Shown piece after piece: positions 1 to 12,252 of a stretch of DNA of 64,000 nt. Location of the stretch: contig NC_092356.1 in the NCBI RefSeq assembly GCF_963676685.1, positions 74,586,001 to 74,650,000 on the forward strand, in the 5' to 3' direction. The notes under the pieces were generated by a model, which did not search any database, was not told where the DNA came from, and worked only from the letters and a program-made list of their open reading frames with translations. Source of the stretch: Mytilus edulis. Taxonomy: Eukaryota. Each line of letters opens with the position of its first letter. Position 1 is the first letter of the stretch. The translations under genes and the position numbers were made by a program.

Positions 1-471
1 AGTGTCTTGATCATTGTAGAACAGCTTCGATTGGTGAGTTATAGTAATATAAAAATGTCTTAAGAAATAAAAGCATATTTGCTGTTTCTCAGATCTCAGT
101 TTAACAATTATGTAGTTAATAATAATAATAATAATAATGATAATATTTTATTCAGGTAAAGGCAATATTTAGAATTACATAATACAACCTTAAGGGGGCT
201 CACGGGTCTAATTCATTTTTTTTTTTATTAAATATAGGATTTCGCTATATTTTTCTATAAATGAACTTTATCTAATACTTAATAGAAAAATAAAATAAAA
301 AAATGGGGTCACCGTTCATTTATGCTCACAATCTGCCTTTGCAAGAAACACATTTTTGGAGAAAAAGCGGTAATATAGAAATTAAAAAAAGAACTAAATT
401 ACAGAAATCGCTTAAATTTTAAAACTATTTAGTTTTGTACAACGTATTTGAACACAACAATATAAAATATA

Positions 472-1927
472 CAGATGGGTGCAGTCTTAACCTGTTCAAC
501 AAGTTAACTTGATAACTAGTCATTTGGACTAGTCAAATTAACCTGTGACCGGATGTAGGACTGCTCTGACCAAAAAATAGTTAACTTGAAAAGCGGACTT
601 GGTCCTAGGACTAATTTTATGTCTGCCAAAAAGTTAACTTCGAAACAGGTCCGCTATTGATATAAGTTAACTTCGAACCAGTCCTGTCGTAAAGTTAACA
701 TAAGTTAACTTCAAAACCAGTCCTGCCACAAAGTTAACATAAGTTACCTTTTGCTTTGACAAATCCGATGGAAACCAGACCTGTTCCCAAGTTAACTTTT
801 GACTGGTCTGCTCACCACTAAGTTAACTTGTAACCTGGACCGCTCTACATCGATTTTTAAAAAAATATTTCTTAATATCTTTTTTTCGTAGTATAAACAT
901 CAAAAATAAAGTAAAATAAATACTTCTGTTATATAAACAGGATGTAATACAAATATTTGAAAATAAAGTACGCATAAAACGTTGCTTGTAACACAAATTT
1001 ATCTGTGATCTGCCAATCTTTAGATTAAATGAAACGATCTTGGTTACAATGGTAACGGGCACTGAATATATATTCCAATACCTATCAAATTCAACCATAT
1101 TTGCACTTTATTTATATGTATATCTATGAAAGGACGTATTTTTGATGTCAGTTATACGTCCTTGTTAGTTATATGTCCTTGATCTATGTAGCCACAATCA
1201 GCAATATTTTAAATTTAGGATATAATTTACTATACAAAATAAAAGCATCATTTTAACCATGTTAACATATGACTACAAATTTTTGATCGCATAAATTTAG
1301 GGTGCCAGCATGTCCTCCTTTTATTCATAATATTGATACGCAACAAAATTTCAAAAGTTTTGTTACCTCATGCTAACTTGTACAACAAAATTATTTGACC
1401 GCATTGACCAAAACTGACTATATGTGCACTTTAATTTGTAAATCTATATACCCTCATAGTAAATCAGCCCATTTTTGTTATGTCAGGATTCAATGTATAA
1501 TACAATTGACAGCAATATTGCAATACAATAACAACAATTTTCTGTTCGCATAAACTTAGGGTGCCAGCATGTCCTCCTTTTATTCAAAATTTTGATACAG
1601 AACAAAATTTCAGTAGTTGTGATACCTCTTGCTGACTTGTACAACACAATTATTTGACCGCCTTGACCAAAACTGACTACATGAGCACTTTAATTTGTAA
1701 ATCTATATACCCTCATAGTAAATCAGCCCATTTTTGTTATGTCAGGATTCAATGTATAATACAATGGACAGCAATATTGCAATACAATAACAACAATTTT
1801 CTGTTCGCATAAATTTAGGGTGCCAGCATGTTCTCCTTTTATTCAGAATTTTGATACAGAACAAAATTTCAGTAGTTGTGTTACCTCTTGCTGACTTGTA
1901 CAACACAATTATTTGACCGCCTTGACC
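472..1927. mobile_element. Second copy of the CAGATGGG element in opposite orientation; its satellite array resumes at ~14020
   Basis: TA|CAGATGGGTGCAGTC at 470-487. 472-~1440 is the reverse complement of ~16195-17174. Confidence 0.78.
1285..1927. repeat. ~258-bp tandem repeat, about 2.5 units
   Basis: CCAGCATGT at 1306, 1564 and 1823. Confidence 0.9.
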
Positions 1928-3342
1928 GTCTAAAAATTGACGTTTTGTTTGACAGGACGCAAATTTCATTTAATATCACTAGTAGCACGATTTCAGTCTG
2001 AAAAGGTCATTTTGGTCTGATCACATCTTGATTGAATGGATTTACCGCTATAGGAAATCGTCCAGACTTTTTAGACCGTTAAGACTCCGTTACGATCGAT
2101 AGTCTCATCAGGTATATCAGTCCGTTAAGGCATGTCAAGATTATCAAGACTGAATATCCTAGCGAGCTGTTAAGATCCGTTACGACAGTGTCAGACCAAA
2201 ACAGACCATGGATACAAAATTACGTTAAGAATTTGTCAGATCGTGTTCAGTCGTGTTCCGATTTTATTAATTTGGACAGAAAACGGGTAAAACTTTCCCA
2301 GTGTTTATCAGGGGTTGCTCCCCTTTTAAGAATAAAATTAAAATTAAAACGAAGACGGTTTATGTTAACTGAAAGTCTGCCATGTTGTAATTAAATAAAG
2401 AAAATAATCAATTCTAATGCATACCTCTTCCTATTTAATTATTCAACATTTTCTATATTAAAAAAAAACCATAAGTGGTTCAAAGTCATACTTCTGCGCA
2501 AACCGTGGCGAATTGAGTTCAAAATCAACAGATTGCCGAAATTACATTTAATAATTATTCATTGAATATAAACATCAAAAACTTTATATTTAATGGTTTA
2601 CAAGTGATTATAAATAAATATTTATGCAATTACAGACTGGTGTCATGGGGGGAAATGTGTCAACTTGACGTTACAGATAATTTGTATACCCTTAAAACTT
2701 ACGGATGTCGGGATTAACACTTGAAAACGTAATCTAAATATGTGATTTTTTTTAAATTGTTGATGTTTCTTTTCTTTAATAGTGTTAATAATATGAATTA
2801 TCATTTAACTTTTCATGTTTTCAATATAAATTTCATTTAAGTTATTGTAAACTTAAGACAGGGAAAAACTATAACAGTAATATGTATGTCTTTTGTCGTT
2901 TTCTGTTTATTGTGATAGCATTGTCCGTTCATTTTTGCCAGACTTGTGCATTTGATTTCCATATTTTTTTTATTGTGTCTATAATCCAAAAACCATTTAT
3001 AACTTTCTTACATCCCAGATTTAGAAGCGTTCGTTAAAAAATAAAGGTTTAATATTATTGCAAAAGTCTGTGAATTATTGAAAATATGACGTTTCAAAAA
3101 CACAAGTTGCTATATTAAATGCTTGTAAATCTCTGTTACATGGGGTGCACTCTTATTTAAATACCTTTCTGTTAAATAAAAAAAGTGTAAAAACAGTTAT
3201 TGGAATCCAGCTGAAAAAAAGGGAAAACAAATAGAGACTATCTAACTTATTTTTCAAATATCGAATACACAAATAAATCTCTAACCATCAACGCTTGCAA
3301 TTTGTTTTTACTGACAGGGGTCTGTTGTTCAACTTGTCGTTA

Positions 3343-3550
3343 TTTTAACGATTGATTAAATTTAACGAGTCATTAAATCTTTTAACCAGTCGTTACATAA
3401 CGAGTCGTTTATTTTCTGTTGTTCAACAATATTTAACGTGTCGATTAAATAATCAATGAATTAAAATTTAATCAACTGATTAATCAATGCGTTAAAATTT
3501 AATCAACTGATTAATCAATGCGTTAAAATTTAATCAACTGATTAATCAAG
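3343..3550. repeat. Left subterminal repeats of the Harbinger (palindromic AACGAGTCGTT, TTAAATTTAA, AATCAACTGATT; three ~30-bp tandem units at ~3460-3548)
   Basis: Directly visible. The same motifs are mirrored at 12085-12252. Probable Myb-protein binding sites (inference). Confidence 0.75.
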
Positions 3551-3607
3551 TGATTAGATAAAACCTACCCATCATGCATTGTTCTGGAGCATCCTGTCTG
3601 TAAAACA

Positions 3608-5823
3608 ATGGCTGAATCTACTGAACCAAACCCAAGCAAACTAAAAAGACTGAAAAAGACCAACTTCACTGTGGCAGAGGAAGACCTGATCCAACAACTA
3701 GTTGAGAAACACTCCAGTATAATTAATGGAAAACTTACAAATACAGTGACCAACCAATTGAAAAAAAAGGTATGGGATGACATAGCCATCAAAGTCAATT
3801 CTCTTGGAGTTGCCATCCGTACAGCCACAGAAGTTAGGAACAAGTGGAGGAATACCACAAGAGTGGCCAAGGCTGTGTACACAACTCACAGGAGTGAGTT
3901 GTTCAAAACTTGGGGAGGACCAGCTCCAAAACAACCTAGCTCTGCAGTAGAGAAAGTTATCCATCTTATGAAGGACACCACCAGCTTCAGGGGGATTCAG
4001 GGTGGACTTGAAACTGAATCATTCCAGACAAGTAAATATTTTTTAACACTTTGAAATAAATCCCCAAATGTGTTTTCCCCTTAATTAGAACTTCTCAAGG
4101 CTCTACCCTTCTTATTGAACTTTGTAAAAAGTAACTTGATCAGTTTCACTTAACATGTTTTTATTTATCATATAAAAACAAACATTTTTGGCAAAATTTT
4201 GTTTTGAAGGTTCTTTTTATTGTTATTGTTAATTTTCAATGAAATTAACATAAATATTTGTATCCTTTTTAATACCGGGATACATAGTTTCCTTTATTAA
4301 ATTTTGGTTAAAGTTTCGTCTGCTCCGCCGTCACAACAAGTAGGGGAATTCCCAACTGATATCACGTGACTGATAACAATTTATTTTAACCAATATTTTC
4401 CATCATTAAATGATTGCCAACGTGTTTCTTGTTGGTTTGAAGGTTTTCCACTTGATATAATATTGAAAGATTGCATTTGCTTAAACTGATAACAGTTTTA
4501 AAGTATTATTTTTAACATTAGTTCACAAGTGGCTGTAGGTGCCCGCCAAGTCGTCTTTAAACTGGTATCTGTTGATTGATTAAAGGGAACCGCAATAGCT
4601 AATTTCGACCGAAAACCAGTCATGATTTATATTATTAAAACAGATACGGACTGGTTGTCATAAATCCGGAATAAAGTTGATCAATTTGTTGTTGCAGACT
4701 GAACCTAGACAGGAACACATATTAGTTTATAGCTGAGACCCTTGATAATCTGAAAAGGGTTGAAATAGGGTCTTATTTAGTCTTGTGCAATATTTTTTAT
4801 CTTGCAATTTAAAGTAATTGTATCTGAATTTAATTGAATGATGATATATATATATATATATAGTATGCCTTTTCAATTGCCCCCCCCCCCCCCCCCTTTT
4901 ATAATTAATAAAATATACCCAAACACAGTATCAACGAATAATTTTGTTCTCATTTATTACAGATCAACCATCTATCAATGCCACTTTGCCGGAAGAAGAT
5001 GCCAGCCAGGATTTGTATGAATCTGCAGCATCTCTGATAAGGGACAGTCCACCCCCCTCCAGTCCACCAAGTCCGTCTCTGCTTTCAGGATATGACCCCA
5101 TCCTGACACAAACAGTCGTACCACATATTCAAGAACAAACAGATAGGACAGATAAGCAGAAGTAAGTTGTAAATGTAAAAAAAGAAGATGTGGTATAATT
5201 GCCAATGAGACAGCTCCCCACAAGAGACCAGAAATTAACAACTGAAGGTCACCGTAAGCCACCTTCAACACAAACGATTTTTAGTTCACAAGTAGAATGA
5301 ATATTTTCCCGAAATTTTAGATTTAAAAAAAAATAATTCTACCGTACTATGGGGATGTATACAAGAACTCTATAAAAATGTGTTGTGGAAACAGGTTCCG
5401 CTAGATTATTTGGTCAATACTTCAAGTTTTCTTTTTTTACCTTTTCATATATTTCTGGCAGTTTCCCCCACCTATTCACATATTTCAAGCCGGAAAACGT
5501 GACAAATTCTGACTGGCTATTTCATGGAACTATGACATTGAATCGATCAATAAAAAGAGATGTAAAATTAATCGATCTTTTACAGAATTCATTATGTTTT
5601 TATTATTTGTAGGACAGTGAGAACACCTTTGAAAAAGGTAACAGTGCAGGATATTCACGACATGCAGTATCGTGCACTGCAAGGTAAACTCCAAGAGAAG
5701 CAGAAAGTGCATATGGACTTGGAGAGGAACAAACTGGAACTACAAATTGAGCTGTTGCAGAAGTTAGTGGGTGGCAATTCTGAACCAGTAACACTCTCTC
5801 AGGCACTTGCCTCTATGTATTAA
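3608..5823 (+). CDS. Myb/SANT-like (trihelix, NAIF1/MSANTD-like) DNA-binding protein of the Harbinger; exons 3608-4031, 4963-5161, 5613-5823; 277 aa
   Basis: Motif 'NFTVAEEDLIQQLV...KKKVWDDIAIKVNSLGVAIRTATEVRNKWRN'. GT-AG introns with matching phases (A|AT, AA|G) join three ORF-track pieces into 834 nt without stops. C-terminal coiled-coil-like 'LERNKLELQIELLQK'. Confidence 0.9.
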
Positions 5824-6357
5824 ATTCATTGTTATATTGTTGATTTGTATTTCAGAAATTACTATGAGGCCAACACATTCTTTAATTTTGTGTGCACACT
5901 CCTATGTAAAAGAAAATAGACCAGTAATTACAATTTAGCCACACATATTGCACCTCCATCATTCAAAAAATAATAAGTGATACACGGATCAAAAATTTTA
6001 AATGACCTTGCTTGGCTGTACAGTCCTTGCACTGTCGGCCATGGCTTGTGCCTTTTTGGGGCATTTAAATAAAAAAAAATTCCATATGGTAATTGATATA
6101 ATCAATTGGCAATCATACCACATATTCTTATTCTTGTACTGAAAAACAGTTGCCTGGCTACTGGTTTTTTTTATTTCATAGGCGACTAACTGCTCACCAT
6201 TTACTATACCAGTATTGTAGTCGCGAAAATGCAAACTTCCTCTCTCAACACATTGTCAAACTGATCATACAAAGGTTTGTTACTATTTTCAAATTTCCTC
6301 ATTTTTTTAATGAAAGACAATTTATGAAAATATGAAAAAATAAAAACATGCAATTTA

Positions 6358-9300
6358 TTAGGCAAAAAAAGTGGTAGCAAAATGATCCCGTATGCCTTTT
6401 CCGTCCTGTGGACCATTATAGGGTGGCATCTGAGGTTGATTGTCAAACAATTGTTCTTCTGCAACTTCAGGTTCATTCCTCATGATGGCAATATTGTGCA
6501 GAATACCACAAGCAATGATAATTCGGCAAGCTTTATCAGGTTTCATTCGGATCTGGAATACAATTAAAAAACATTTATTTTAAAGTGTGATAGAAATACT
6601 ATTTGTTTGTAGCATGAATTAACCTTGCTCATGAATAAGTCTGAGATTAAGTAAATCTATTACAAAAACGTTAACACTATAATTTAATTAAACAAGAGTG
6701 CACACACTGAAATGTCTCGCCTTCTTTACTAATCATTGATACTATCTTGATAGACCTAAATATAAAGCTTTTATTACAACTGTCACATAAACTCAACATA
6801 AACCAAGAAAATGAAACATTGATCAATGAACCATGAAAATGAAACATTGATCAATGAACCATGAAAATGAAACATTGATCAATGAACCATGAAAATGAGG
6901 TCAAGGTCAGATGAACCATGCAAGGCAGACATGTACAGCTAACAATTCTTCAATACAACAAATATAGTTGACTTATTCCTTATAAAAAAAGAAAAACAGA
7001 CCAAAACACAAACACTTTTATAAACTTAGCAATGGACCGTGAAAATGAGGTCAAGGTCAAATAAAACCTGCTTAACGGACATATAGATCATAAAATATTT
7101 CCATACACCAAATATAGTTTATCTAATGCATAAAGTATTAGAAAAATAAACCAAAACTAACTTTGACCACTGAACCATGAAAATGAGGTCAAGGTCAGAT
7201 GACACCTGTCAACTAGACATGAACACCTTACAATCATTCCATACATCAATTATAGTAGACCTATTGCATATAGTATAAGAAAAACAGACCAAAACACAAA
7301 AACTTAACTATAACCACTTAACCATGAAAATGAGGTCAAGGTCAGATGACACCTGCCAGTTGGACATGTACACCTTAGAGTCCTTCCATACACCGAATAT
7401 ACTAGACCTATTGCATATAGTATCAGAAATATGAACTTGACCACCAAAACTTAACCTTGTTCACTAATCCATGAAATGAGGTCGAGGTCAAGTGAAAACT
7501 GTCTGACAGGCATGAGGACCTTGCAAGGTAGGCACATACCAAATATAGTTATCCAATTACTTATAATAAGAGAGAATTTAACATTACAAAAAGTCTTAAC
7601 TTTTTTTTCAAGTAGTCACAGAACCATGAAAATGAGGTCAAGGACATTGGACGTGTGACTGACGGAAAGTTCGTAACATGAGGCATCTATATACAAAGTA
7701 TGAAGCATCCAGGTCTTCTACCTTCTAAAATATAAAGCTTTTAAGAAGTGAGCTAACACCGCCGCCGCCGCCGGATCACTATCCCTATGTCGAGCTTTCT
7801 GCAACAAAAGTTGCAGGCTCGACAAAAAGGGACCAAATCAAACATAAAGCTGAACAAACAGTCCAACAACTGATGATGTACTGTTACATTCACGATTTAA
7901 TAAAGTTATTGTAATGACTAACTTTGAGCAGTTACCCCAACATGACTACATAATTTGGTTGGTTGTTGGTTGCTTAACGTCCAGTGGCAAATATTTCATG
8001 CATATTCAGGCCGAGAACAAGTTCACAATAAATGCAATAGGTAGATCTTGTCATAATAGAGGCCATTTGGGATGATGGTCGGAGAAGTTTGGACTGCCAC
8101 TGGAAAATGAGGGTATATTGGATAGGGACAGAAATTGTGCCTTGCAACAGGCCACTTACGGGCCCTCAATGAGTCGTTGCACAGGTTCTTAACGTGCTCA
8201 GAGCGTGGCACTCTCTTTACTCGAGACTTGGATTCAACGTCCACATTCTGACCGGACGTGACTGCGAACTTATACATCCCGCACAGCCAAACGGACGCTC
8301 CACTTCAGCAAGCGTTTTACTGTCGGTCGGAAGAAGACCACGTGACCATATTTCTATTCCCCATTCACCCTTGGAGTACATTAAGTTACCGGACTAACAT
8401 CACCAATTTTCCAACTGGATACCTGTTATCAGTACATGTATAATTTTCGGGTTTTGATCTGTGTGCAGATGAATTGTCGATCATTGTGTTCTTGTCCTGG
8501 CTTGATATTTAACGTGTTTCTGATGTCAGCTTTATCAGCCCTTAAATATACAACTGATTTTTCATTTTTTTCCGAGTTTTATTACGTGATAAAAATAAGG
8601 AGAGTTGGTGTGATTGTTAATTTTATAACTAAAATGTATGTATCCTGCAAAGTTAAAATGAAGTCGATGTAAGCAATTATAGGCAACCATACTGTGGTCA
8701 GCAAAAAAAAAAACACCAAAAAACGTATAGTAGCTACATGTATAAAGAAAAGATAGAGAAGGGGACCATTAATACCTTAACCGAAATTTAGAGAAATCGA
8801 AAAATGTACTAATGAAAGATTTAGTAGACAGCCGTCTCACAAGAAAAAAAAAACATGACTTTTAAAATATAAGGGCATACATGGCATATATCATGTCAAA
8901 TATTCATGTTACTATACTGTGATTATTTGTAAAGAATTAATTGTACCTCTGATCCTAGAATGTGAAAGCGCTTCTTCCATATTCCAAATGTCCTTTCTAT
9001 TGTCGACCTTGTTGAGCAATTTCTTCTGTTAAACCTTGCTTGACCTCTACCAGCAGCTGGTTGTCTGTATGGTGTCAGCAAAAACTGTCTGCAGGGATAG
9101 CCACTATCTCCTAACAATACACCTTGTCCAATTCCTTGATATACATTCTCAAGATGTTGTCCTATGGCTGAGGTTCTGAAAACGTGAGAATCATGTGCTG
9201 ATCCTGGCCACCTAGCACTGATGTTGGTGAATCTACCTTTAAACAAAAATATGATAGTTACAAAAGTTAAAAAAGTAGTTCCATAATTCATTAGTCAAGG

Positions 9301-12073
9301 CAAAGCAAATCAGTGATTGTGATTAAGTATGGTGACCCAAGCTGTTTATTTCCGTGTCATTTAATTTCTTGTGATTTGTCCCATTTAAGCAATCATTACC
9401 ACATCTTCTTTTATGTGCATACATATAGTTTGTCCATTATAGTTCTAGTCATTAAAATGTTAGCTGAATTTGCAATGTGATGAAAGCAAAATATAAAATT
9501 GAGAAAGGAAATGGTGAATATGTCAAAGCGACAACCACCCGACCATAGAGCAAACAACAGCCGAAGGCAACCAATGGGTCTTCAATGTAGCGAGAATTCC
9601 CGCACCCGTAGGTGTCCTTCAGCTGGCCCCTAAAATATGCATAATAGTACAGTGATAATGGACGTCATACTAAACTCCGAATTATACACAAGAAACTAAA
9701 ATTTAAAATCATACAAGACTAACAAAGGCCAGAGGCTCCTGACTTGGGACAGGCGCAAAATTGCGGCGGGGTTAAACATGTTTATGAGATCTCAACCCTC
9801 CCCCTATACCTCTAGCCAATGTAGAAAAGTAAAAGAATAACAATACGCACATTAAAATTCAGTTCAAGAGAAGTCCGAGTCTGATGTCAAAAGATGTAAC
9901 AAAAGAACATAAATAAAATGACAATAATACATAAATAACAACAGACTACTAGCAGTTAACTGACATGCCAGCTCCAGACCTCAATTAAACTGATTGAAAG
10001 ATTATGTCTTCATCATATGAATATCAGGTACAATCCCTCCCGTTAGGGGTTTAGTATCATACTATCATAAAATATATGAGAAGAACATAACCCGTGTCAT
10101 GCCAACAACTGTTATTTTTTTAAAGAAATAAATGTGTTTAGTTCCGATGCAAAGACCCTATCAGTGAATCAATGTTAAAGCCAAAATATGCAATCTTTAA
10201 TGACCTGACAACAGTATCGTAACTATATCCCCTTTTAATAAGTCTATTTAAAGGTTTTGTTAGTTTCTGAGGAGAATACTGACATTTTTGTGCTTTATAA
10301 AGAATATTTCCATAAAATTTTGGATGTGAAATACCTGAACGTATAAGATGTCTGCATGTTGAGTTATATTTACGAATTATTTCCTTATACCGGTGATAAA
10401 ATTTAGTAAATGTTTTGACCAGTTTGTGATATCGAAAACCCTGGTGTAATAATTTTTCAGTAATACATAAATTTCTCTCGCTAAAATCTAATACATTGTT
10501 ACATACACGAGCGAATCGTACAAGTTGAGATATATAAACACCATAAGATGGTGACAAGGGAACGTCACCATCTAAAAATGGATAATTAACAGTAGGAAAT
10601 GAAAAATCATCTCTTTTATCATAAATTTTTGTATTAAGCTTCCCGTTTATGATATAGATATCAAGATCGAGGAAAGGGCAGTGGTCATTGTTATCATTAG
10701 CTTTATTTAAAGTAAGTTCTACAGGATAAATTTCTTTAGTATACATACTGAAGTCGTCATTATTTATGTATAGTTTTATAAACAATCAGTCAGATAAACA
10801 ATACATCGGGGATCAAAGCAGTTAATTATATATATGCTCCCTTAACATTTAAAAAAAAAAATATTTTGAACAATGACTGGCTTATTTTCCAATCAAAAAG
10901 AATGGGGGAGGCGAACTTGATATTTGGATGACAGATTGGACACTTATTTTTTGTTCAGTTGTCACGTTTTTCAGTTTTGTATGGGTTTTTTTCAAGTACG
11001 TGTTGTTGTTGTTTTTTTTTTTTGTTTTTTTTTTTTGGGGAGGGGGGGGGTCTTCTCACTGAAACATTTAGAGGTAGATCTAGAATTTCTTCAAACTGCA
11101 AGGGGCACACTTTTTGTTGACGTTTCAAAGTTTATAAGCCTGACTGTGACAAATTCTACCTAAAGATAAGGGTTGGCAAAATCTATATAACTATTTTGAT
11201 CAATAAATTTATGTTCATTAACTCTTAGCAGTTCACTCGATCCAGCATATTTAAAAGTGAAACAGTAAAAACAGAAAAGTGAAACGGTAAAATTAGAGAC
11301 ACATTATATGTATATGTCTCTGGTAAAAAACAATGAGTCTACGGATCCAATAGAAAGTATGACAAGATTGAGTTGTCTTTCTTTTTCCATCGATTTTCAA
11401 ATTAGCTGAAAAGCAGTTCAACAGAAAACCAGCCATGTGTATGGTCAAGGACGATTGAAGATGTCAAGAAAAAGCACGCACACAAAGCATGTTGTAAATA
11501 TAAAATAGGTATAATACAGTGTTTTAAATTACCTTCATGGTCACAAATGGCTTGTACGTTGATGCTGTGGAACCCCTTTCGGTTAACAAATGCTGGTTCA
11601 TCAATGCTAGGCCCAGTAATCCGTATGTGAGTCCCATCAATGCATCCAACCACGTTTGGAAAACCAGCCTTTTCATAAAACCCAGCCCTTATTACGTTCT
11701 TCCTCTGATTATCTGGCCACGATATGAAATCATCTTTCATGGCAACTAATGAATCCGTCACACGGTTAATCACCCGAGATACAGTTGATTTGTCAAATCC
11801 CATTGTGTCCCCAACTACTTGCAAGTGTGATCCACTTCCATAAAATCTCAAGGCAATCATAATCTGTTGTTCCACTGAAAGGGCTGTCTCCTTGTTTGTC
11901 CCACGCTCAAGATCCCCTCTCATTAAATCTGACAGGTATGCAATAGTCTCCCTGCCAAATCTATATCTCTGCCTTAGCTCCTCATCAGAAAATTCCCTTT
12001 CTAGAGGGTCAAAACCGCGAAAATGTCGCTCTCTTCTTACAACAGGTGGTTGAAACAAAACATTGACAGCCAT
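6358..12073 (-). CDS. Harbinger (HARBI1-like) DDE transposase; exons 12073-11533, 9236-8947, 6552-6358; 341 aa
   Basis: Catalytic motifs GCIDGTHI (D), LGDSGYP (D), [12 protein letters not shown] (E), plus [23 protein letters not shown] and [14 protein letters not shown] splice sites in phase (G|GT, then phase 0) give 1026 nt uninterrupted. Confidence 0.93.
6690..7826. mobile_element. Non-autonomous Helentron/HINE-like element with central ~146-bp tandem repeats, in transposase intron 2
   Basis: AACAAG at one end; about 6 units marked by ACCATGAAAATGAGGTCAAGG; (CCG)n microsatellite; terminal hairpin GTCGAGC-TTT-CTGCAAC-AAAA-GTTGCAG-GCTCGAC followed by an A-run. Confidence 0.75.
7955..8400 (-). 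mobile_element. SINE, probably with a Deu/Nin-like central domain; 5' boundary approximate
   Basis: Minus-strand tail ...ATATTTGCCACTGGACGTTAAGCAACCAACAACCAACC. The segment TTCTTAACGTGC...GGATTCAACGTCCACATTCTGA resembles the Deu/Nin domain as recalled. Confidence 0.5.
9727..9817 (-). ncRNA. Twister ribozyme, P5-type permutation, core intact
   Basis: GGCUAGAGG-UAUA-GGGG-GAGGG-[UUGAGAUCUCAUAAACAUGUU]-UAA-CCCC-GCC-GCAAUUUUGC-GCCUG-UCCCAAGU-CAGG-AG-CCUCUGGCC. Matches the twister core (UAA, P2, GCC, P4 with UCCCAAG loop, GAGGG). Predicted cut between 9774 and 9773. Confidence 0.8.
10013..10079 (-). promoter_or_regulatory. Type II eukaryotic SECIS element
   Basis: Minus strand: helix I UCAUAU/AUAUGA; core AUGAU...UGAU; 11-bp helix II AGUAUGAUACU/GGGAUUGUACC (2 mismatches); apical AAA; mini-stem CCC/GGG. 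About 60 nt after the RT stop codon. Confidence 0.8.
10138..10766 (-). pseudogene. Reverse transcriptase C-terminal (RT motifs 6-7/thumb) fragment of the Penelope-like element
   Basis: EIYPVELTL...CPFLDLDI...[10 protein letters not shown]...[15 protein letters not shown]...KLLHQGF. The fragment starts just after the position expected for YxDD, so it is truncated. The frame is open to TAA at 10138. Confidence 0.88.
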
Positions 12074-12084
12074 CTTAGATTGAG

Positions 12085-12252
12085 GTTAATCAACTGATTA
12101 AAATTTAATCACCCTCAATGAGGTCGATTAAATATAACGACACTTTGACATTTTTAAACGACTCGTTAAATTTAACGACAAGTTGAACAACATGATAATG
12201 GACTGATTAAATTTAACGCAGTGATTAGTAAAATTTAACGACTCGTTTAATT
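12085..12252. repeat. Right subterminal repeats of the Harbinger
   Basis: Repeated TTAAATTTAACGAC / AACGACTCGTT / AATCAACTGATT motifs, including a partial second TIR copy at ~12172-12190. Confidence 0.75.

Larger units (their letters stand above)
9490..10766 (-). mobile_element. 5'-truncated Penelope-like retroelement (Naiad-type) in transposase intron 1
   Basis: RT C-terminal fragment with no downstream GIY-YIG, followed by a SECIS, a twister ribozyme and a 3' tail that recurs at 13413-13460. No clear TSD. Confidence 0.8.

Noticed and set aside
190-470. Kolobok-like end (TTAA-GGGGGCTCACGGG); similar TTAA-AGGGAAAATTCGC at ~56885
   Set aside because: No partner terminus found in the window, so left uncalled.
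9865-9910. Hammerhead at CTGATGTC in the Penelope-like 3' region
   Set aside because: Core is CUGAUGU, on the wrong strand relative to the element, with no stem II/GAAA.
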